Below, in pieces: positions 58,359-64,000 of a DNA stretch of 64,000 nucleotides. Source of the stretch: a bacterium (lineage in GTDB: Bacteria; Hinthialibacterota; Hinthialibacteria; Hinthialibacterales; Hinthialibacteraceae). The notes beneath the pieces were generated by a model. It was not told the DNA's origin, made no database searches, and worked only from the letters and a program-made list of their open reading frames with translations. Location: contig CAXXMV010000002.1 of the NCBI GenBank assembly GCA_963662285.2, positions 1,280,001 to 1,344,000 on the forward strand. Reading direction: 5' to 3'. Positions within the stretch are counted from its first letter, which is position 1. Every line of letters starts with the position of its first letter. The position numbers were made by a program, and so were the translations under genes.

Positions 58359-59360
58359 TTAATCCAGAGAAATCTCTGGCAATTGTACTGGTTTGCCGCC
58401 CTGCTCTTTACTGATGTCTGCGTAATACATGAAAGCGTAAATCTCTACAATCTCTTCAGCGGAAATTGGAGGATGTTTGGTTTTGAAGAAATTGGATATC
58501 GCTTCCATCAAGCCTTTATAACTATGTCCTTCAACGGTGGAGTTGCCTTTGGTTCCATAGATGCGGGCGCCGTAATTGTGTTTGCCCGCCCGGAGTCCCC
58601 GGAAAGTTCCGATCCGGCCATCATCCCACACGCCGACAACCACATCGGTATCTTCGGTGTGGGTACGGCTTACTGTTTTGCAACCGGGACCCATGGCGCC
58701 GTATAGCAGCGACATTCCATGTACGCCATACCAGAAAAGATCGGGGTGGCTTTTTTCATAACTGCATGGCGAATAAGCATCGCAGCCCAGCACTTCACCG
58801 ATTTTTTCGGGATCAAGCGCATCACGCATTCCGCTCCACCAACGCAGGCTTGATCCGCCGAACCAGGGGACGTTCGCCTTTTTAGCCAGTTTGGCGATTT
58901 CCAAAACGTCTTCATAACTACCGCCAACCGGTTTATCAACGAAGAAAGGCAGACCGGCTTTGATAACTTCGCGGGCATAGCCCAGATGGGGACGGCCATC
59001 GACGCTTTCAATTAGAACGCCGTCAACATTCTGGCATAATTCCTCAACTGAATCATATATTTTAACTCCCCATTCATCCTGTAATTTCTTGGTATAACCA
59101 TCAACCCGGTCAGCGCTGGATGGAATATCGGCGCTTCCACCTTTGAAGCCAGCCACTACCTTAAAGCCAGGTACGTGTTCGTTGTTGTTTGGATCATTAA
59201 ATATTTGAGTAAAAGCAATAACATGTGATGTATCGAGACCTATCATGCCCAGTCGAAAGGGCGCCTTCTGCGAAGACCCGCTGGCCATAACGCAGTTCGC
59301 CGAACTGATGAGCAGCAGTAAACCTAAAATCATAATAACACTCTTGTTGATCTTAAACAT
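58359..59360 (-). CDS. Exported Gfo/Idh/MocA oxidoreductase (GLDTSH subfamily)
   Basis: Signal peptide, RLGMIGLDTSH, ESVDGRPH, FVDKP, SSLR, FWYGVH. Confidence 0.85.
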   Translation of the reverse strand: MFKINKSVIMILGLLLLISSANCVMASGSSQKAPFRLGMIGLDTSHVIAFTQIFNDPNNNEHVPGFKVVAGFKGGSADIPSSADRVDGYTKKLQDEWGVKIYDSVEELCQNVDGVLIESVDGRPHLGYAREVIKAGLPFFVDKPVGGSYEDVLEIAKLAKKANVPWFGGSSLRWWSGMRDALDPEKIGEVLGCDAYSPCSYEKSHPDLFWYGVHGMSLLYGAMGPGCKTVSRTHTEDTDVVVGVWDDGRIGTFRGLRAGKHNYGARIYGTKGNSTVEGHSYKGLMEAISNFFKTKHPPISAEEIVEIYAFMYYADISKEQGGKPVQLPEISLD

Positions 59361-59425
59361 TATGTCTTCTCCTTTAAGTTGATTCATTTGTTAAAAAATG
59401 AAAAGTCAAATATTAGTCTATGTCT

Positions 59426-61120
59426 CTACATCCCCGCAATCCAGTAGACCGTTCCGATTAGGGCGGCTACTAATATCCATGCAATTATAAAGCCGATTAT
59501 ATCAATGCGGCTGGGCCAACCGATCTCCCAGTCAGGGTGATTGATGATTTTGCGAGGTGGTTCAGGCTGAGAGTCTTCCGGTACTTCGAACGGTTCAGCG
59601 GGATGCTCGTCGGGCGCTACTGGCGTGTGGAGCGCACGGTATAGCCGGTTTAGTTTGGATGAATCAACCCGTTTGGTGAAAAGGCTGACCACGATCATGG
59701 TTATCAGTCCAACCATCAGATAGATCACCATCTGGTAGGGCAGATAGATGGCGCCGTTATAGAGCATGAACTCGGGCAATTGGTTCGGGCCTAGGCGTCC
59801 GGTGACTATCATGGCTAAAAACGCGGTCAGGGTTGATATCCAGGCGGCTGCCACGGTGGCGCGTCTCCAGAATAATCCTACCCAGAAGGCTATGCCCATC
59901 ATGGCCTGGATTTTCCAGAACAACTCAAGTCCATCAAGGACGCTTTCCAGAGAAAACGCAACAAGGATTCCGACCAAGACGATTAAACCAGCTACTATAC
60001 GTCCAACTTTAACATAATGTTGTTCTGATTTGTTCGGAGCGAAAAAAGGTTTATATACATTTTCAGTGAAGAGCGCCGAACATGCGATCATCCATGCATC
60101 GCATGACGACATTACCGTCGCTAAGAGTGATGCTATGAAAAGGCCAACCAAGCCCGGTAAAATCAGGGGAAGCAGGTCGCGGGCCATCAGGCCGTAGGTC
60201 TGGTCGATTTGCAGCTTTGTACTAAGTCCGGGATACATGGCTATGGCGCAAAGTCCGGTCAGGGTCCAGGCCACCGTGCATACTCGTTTCAGCATATTTC
60301 CATAGCAGAAACCGACGCGGACATCCATCTCGGTTTTACCCGCCGCGCAATTGCCCATGACATGCGGTTGGGTGACTATGCCGACCAGTCCATTGATGGT
60401 GATCATGGTAATATAAAAAACGCCGATTCCTCCGGGAACCACCAGCGAGAACATCTGGGGATCGCTAATGGTCTCTTTTAATCCCGCAATGCCCCCCACT
60501 GTTTGAAGCGCAAATGGAAGAACCAGAAATGAAAGGCATATCGTCAGTATGCCCTGGACGAAGTCGGTAAGGATGGCGGCGCTTAATCCTCCTGCTATGC
60601 CATAGACCACGAACAAAATGGTTACCACAACTACAGCGCCTATTTCATTGATGCTTCCTCCGCTGACGGCGGTAATCATGGAACCGCAGCCTTTGAGCAT
60701 GGTTCCCAGGTTAACTACGGTTTGGAAAATGCCGACGAACGCGAAGAGAGCCGCTACTGATTTGGCATAGCGCAGATCGAAGAAATCCGCTGTTGTCAGC
60801 GCTCTCATACGGCGGAAGATGGGAGGGAATAACCAGTAAAAAGGAGTATTGAATAACCAGAACCACTGGTACCAGATGCCGGATAGTCCATCGGTGTAGG
60901 TTTTGGATGCAACGCTGACCGCCTGGTCGGAATGAGTTCCCGCCCCGAAGGTGAAGAAGACCATAAAGGACTTGCGAAAACGGCGCCCCGCCATGAAATA
61001 ATCGGCGGTATCTTTAACGTATCTTGCGGCGTAGAGACCGATGCAGGTTATCCCGGCGAGATATACCGCTAACACGATCCAATCCCAGACAGTTAACCCA
61101 AAGGCGTTCATTTGCGTCAA
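59426..61120 (-). CDS. Sodium:solute symporter (SSS family)
   Basis: DYFMAGR, GGLSAAILTDFVQG, GLFIASLLATVMSS; ~13 TM helices. Confidence 0.92.
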   Translation of the reverse strand: MTQMNAFGLTVWDWIVLAVYLAGITCIGLYAARYVKDTADYFMAGRRFRKSFMVFFTFGAGTHSDQAVSVASKTYTDGLSGIWYQWFWLFNTPFYWLFPPIFRRMRALTTADFFDLRYAKSVAALFAFVGIFQTVVNLGTMLKGCGSMITAVSGGSINEIGAVVVVTILFVVYGIAGGLSAAILTDFVQGILTICLSFLVLPFALQTVGGIAGLKETISDPQMFSLVVPGGIGVFYITMITINGLVGIVTQPHVMGNCAAGKTEMDVRVGFCYGNMLKRVCTVAWTLTGLCAIAMYPGLSTKLQIDQTYGLMARDLLPLILPGLVGLFIASLLATVMSSCDAWMIACSALFTENVYKPFFAPNKSEQHYVKVGRIVAGLIVLVGILVAFSLESVLDGLELFWKIQAMMGIAFWVGLFWRRATVAAAWISTLTAFLAMIVTGRLGPNQLPEFMLYNGAIYLPYQMVIYLMVGLITMIVVSLFTKRVDSSKLNRLYRALHTPVAPDEHPAEPFEVPEDSQPEPPRKIINHPDWEIGWPSRIDIIGFIIAWILVAALIGTVYWIAGM

Positions 61121-61372
61121 TCTCCTTTTTATTCAGGAGCAATCTAACAGAATTTAGTGGATTAGATAAGAGAGGTAGATTCTGGTCTAAGTTTTACTTC
61201 TTTTAATATATTTTGATCTAAGTATTACTTCCATAGATAGATAGATTCAAATAATTGTTAGTAATTGTAATAAAACTGAACGTCTGTTTACGTGATTTGC
61301 AATGAAAAACAGAAAAAAGTCTTCTGTTTTTAACAAATTCTTACTTGCGTCTATCAAAATAACATGGTAATA

Positions 61373-61428
61373 TCCATAATTACCCAGGTTTTACCCAATT
61401 ACACCCTTGAATTTTCCAATAAAACCCA
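61373..61428 (-). promoter_or_regulatory. Putative MraZ-binding direct-repeat array
   Basis: YCCA/CCCT tetrads at 61373, 61383, 61394, 61404, 61415, 61425 (TGGR on minus strand), spacing 10/11 bp, directly upstream of mraZ. Confidence 0.65.
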
Positions 61429-61450
61429 GATGGAGGGGCGAGTTAAGTAG

Positions 61451-62017
61451 ATGAGCGGTGAAATTACCATAAGTAATAATGTGCAGTCGGTAAATCCCGC
61501 TCCTCCGGCAACGCTGGAGGTGAATCGGCTTATTGGCTCGTTTGAGCGAAATGTTGATGCGAAATTTCGCATAGTTATGCCTGCTCAGTTTCGCGAAAGA
61601 TTGGGTAAATCCGCTTTGATTATGATTCCCTGGCTCAAGAGATCACTGGCTATATTCCCGGAATGCAATTTTATACCTTTGGCGGAATCAATCAGCGATT
61701 TGGATCTTTATACCGATTTCGGTTTGACGGTGCGTCATCAAATATTCGCTCAGGCGCGTGAAGTCAAGATGGATAAGAAGGAAGGCCGGATTGTTATTCC
61801 TCCTGAGATGGCTGATTACGCACGGTTAAGCGGTAAGACTATGCTTTTGGGCGATTGGGATAAAGTTACGGTATGGAATTATACATATTATAGAGATCAA
61901 GTTGCCGTTGATGATGCGACTTTGACGGAACGGTTTCCAGAAGTGCTGAAATTGGCTAAAGGCCAGAAAACCATTGAATCAATTGAATCTGAACAGAATA
62001 AGAAGGAAAACCAATAA
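61451..62017 (+). CDS. mraZ: Transcriptional regulator MraZ
   Basis: GSFERNVDAKFRIVMPAQFR and DKKEGRIVIP repeats; first gene before rsmH. Confidence 0.9.
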   Translation: MSGEITISNNVQSVNPAPPATLEVNRLIGSFERNVDAKFRIVMPAQFRERLGKSALIMIPWLKRSLAIFPECNFIPLAESISDLDLYTDFGLTVRHQIFAQAREVKMDKKEGRIVIPPEMADYARLSGKTMLLGDWDKVTVWNYTYYRDQVAVDDATLTERFPEVLKLAKGQKTIESIESEQNKKENQ

Positions 62018-62976
62018 TGAATACTGAACCGGAAATGCATATTCCGGTTATGGAAAGTGAAGTTGCTGAACAACTTCGATCATATAAACCAAACAGGATT
62101 CTGGTTGATTGCACCATGGGATATGGCGGCCACAGCGCCGTTTTAACTAAAGATTTCGGCCAGGATGATAGGTTGATCGGAATTGATAGAGACCGTGATG
62201 CTATAAAGGCTTGTAAAGATAAGTTTAAGAATGCGCCATTCCGGATAAGCATGCATAATGTCGGCTTCGAAGAACTGGAGTCGGTTCTGGAAGAGGAAGC
62301 AGTTGAATTCGCCGATTTGTTTCTTTTCGACCTTGGGTTTTCTTCACCGCAAGTTGATCAGAGCGAAAGGGGATTCAGTTTTATGAGAAGCGGCCCGTTG
62401 GATATGCGCATGGATCAAAGCCAGGCTCTTTCCGCCAAAGATGTGATCCATCTATGGAGCGAAAGTGAACTGGCCAGCATCTTTAAGCGATACGGAGATG
62501 AGAGATTTTCTCGGCGTATCGCTAAAGCTATTGTTCGGGTCAGGAAAGATTCGCCGATTGATACAACGCAGGAATTGGCGGATGTGGTGATTAATGCTAT
62601 TCCAGAGCGAAACCGGTATAAGGAAGGCATTCATCCCGCTACAAGGGTTTTTCAAGCGTTGCGCATTGTGGTGAATGACGAACTTGAATCTTTGCGTACC
62701 GGACTAAAGGCGGCTCTGCATCATTTGAGTCCGGAAGGACGCGTGGCCGTGTTGTCGTATCATTCCTTGGAACATCGTATTGTCAAGGAATTATACCGCG
62801 GATTTTGTCGTCCGATTATTCATGCGCCGGGGATTCCGGTGACTGGTCGGGAAGACCCGGAAAAAGGGAAAATTATTACCCGGAAAGCAATTCGACCATG
62901 CGCAGCTGAACAACAACGGAATCCCAGAAGCCGCAGCGCACAGCTGCGCGTCTTGGAATGCGCTAAAACGGATTAA
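62017..62976 (+). CDS. rsmH: 16S rRNA m4C1402 methyltransferase
   Basis: HIPVM, DCTMGYGGHS, DLGFSSPQ, PLDMRMD, HPATRVFQALRI, NPRSRSA. Confidence 0.97.
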   Translation: MNTEPEMHIPVMESEVAEQLRSYKPNRILVDCTMGYGGHSAVLTKDFGQDDRLIGIDRDRDAIKACKDKFKNAPFRISMHNVGFEELESVLEEEAVEFADLFLFDLGFSSPQVDQSERGFSFMRSGPLDMRMDQSQALSAKDVIHLWSESELASIFKRYGDERFSRRIAKAIVRVRKDSPIDTTQELADVVINAIPERNRYKEGIHPATRVFQALRIVVNDELESLRTGLKAALHHLSPEGRVAVLSYHSLEHRIVKELYRGFCRPIIHAPGIPVTGREDPEKGKIITRKAIRPCAAEQQRNPRSRSAQLRVLECAKTD

Positions 62977-62991
62977 GGAATATATCTGGAA

Positions 62992-63438
62992 ATGAAACGC
63001 AACCGGACGGATGAGTTTGATAGTCTTATCAATGTGACCCGTGGATTCCTCGGTTATCTATGTTTGATCATTCTGTTTGGGGGCGTTATTTTGATTGTTC
63101 AATCATCAATGGAAGTTAAACGCATCCGGTATAGTTTGACTATTGCCTATGAAGAGAAGAAAGAATTATTGGATCAATTGAGTAAATTAGATAACCGGAT
63201 TGGTGAATTAGAGCGGTATAGCCGTATTGCGGAGCGGATTGAAACCATTCTGCCTCATTTGGGTCCGCCCCGGCGTCCGGCTATCGAATTGAAAGTCGAT
63301 GGCTTGGTCGGGCGCGCTGGCATTCCAGGCGCCCCGTCTGTTTTATTAAAAGATGAAAGTCCTTTGGCTAATATGAGAAAAGGGTGGCAGAATTTGAGAC
63401 AATCCACCTATAAATGGTTGCGTGGATTAGTTGAGTAG
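62992..63438 (+). CDS. ftsL: Cell division protein FtsL-like
   Basis: Single TM then coiled coil; position between rsmH and a PBP gene. Confidence 0.65.
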   Translation: MKRNRTDEFDSLINVTRGFLGYLCLIILFGGVILIVQSSMEVKRIRYSLTIAYEEKKELLDQLSKLDNRIGELERYSRIAERIETILPHLGPPRRPAIELKVDGLVGRAGIPGAPSVLLKDESPLANMRKGWQNLRQSTYKWLRGLVE

Positions 63439-63443
63439 GCGTA

Positions 63444-64000
63444 GTGGAAAAACAACAGATTTCTTTTATGCGTATTGGAGTTTTGATGATCGTCATGGTG
63501 ATGGTATTCGCCGGACTGATTGTGAGGCTCTATGTATTGCAAATCCTGGAAGCGCCTAAAATTCTGGCGACCAGTGATAAGGCGCGTAATTATGTTTTAA
63601 CTATTCCATCTACCCGTGGTTTGATTTTAGACCGCAATCAACGCTCCCTCGCTCTGAATAAAAAATTGTATACCATATCCATTGCCAAAGATCGCATTGA
63701 GAATATTACTGAAACTGTTTTGAAAAAGCGCAATGAGAATATTGCTGAAACTGTTTTGAAATTGGGCCTTCTATTAGACCTTCCCATGAGTAGTATTCAG
63801 GGTGATATCGCTGCTCTGCAACGCGATAATGTCAAATGGAGAGAAATTAAAAAAGCGGTTCCCGAATCGTTGAAGGATAAAGTTGAAAAAGCCGCTATTC
63901 CGGGAGTTGAATTTAAGCCGTCTCCGGCGCGTTTTTATCCAGAAGGATCTCTGGCGGCCCATGTGCTTGGATTCACTGGAATGGATAATAACGGCTTGTC
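63444..64000 (+). CDS. ftsI: Class B penicillin-binding protein FtsI (5' part, runs off window)
   Basis: Not in ORF track. Manual translation from GTG 63444: TM helix, RLYVLQI, IPSTRGLILDRN, RFYPEGSLAAHVLGF. Confidence 0.88.
   Translation, partial: MEKQQISFMRIGVLMIVMVMVFAGLIVRLYVLQILEAPKILATSDKARNYVLTIPSTRGLILDRNQRSLALNKKLYTISIAKDRIENITETVLKKRNENIAETVLKLGLLLDLPMSSIQGDIAALQRDNVKWREIKKAVPESLKDKVEKAAIPGVEFKPSPARFYPEGSLAAHVLGFTGMDNNGL

Noticed and set aside
63774-63962. Minus-strand 62-aa ORF
   Set aside because: Antisense to ftsI, which continues beyond the window.

Overview
Bacterial chromosomal window from a diderm heterotroph. The evidence is LolA-like and SurA-like genes, Tat-exported sugar enzymes, a PVC-type Minf_1886 family gene and the start of an mraZ-rsmH-ftsL-ftsI dcw cluster. 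Overall content suggests a Sumerlaeota/Hinthialibacterota(OLB16)-like lineage (inference only). It holds about 55 CDS covering glycogen metabolism, glycan and sugar-acid catabolism, envelope chaperones, transporters, catalase and c-di-GMP signalling. I see no rRNA, tRNA, CRISPR array or intact transposase. Most notable features: (1) three scattered prepilin-like paralogs with conserved P-x-x-Y / GP / Y-x-x-SNG-x-x-S-x-G blocks and variable interiors, each beside different partners (a BlaI-BlaR1 sensor operon, a LamG protein with an unusual C-terminal W-x-x-Y tail, a sugar symporter/oxidoreductase run) and with no secretion machinery nearby; (2) a tandem DUF1080 protein with a Cys-X5 repeat tail; (3) five distinct intergenic repeat families, including a ~110-bp MITE-like element; (4) readable operator arrays for BlaI, an XRE/DUF2975 regulator and MraZ; (5) orphan or decayed toxin-antitoxin pieces and several apparent pseudo-enzymes.
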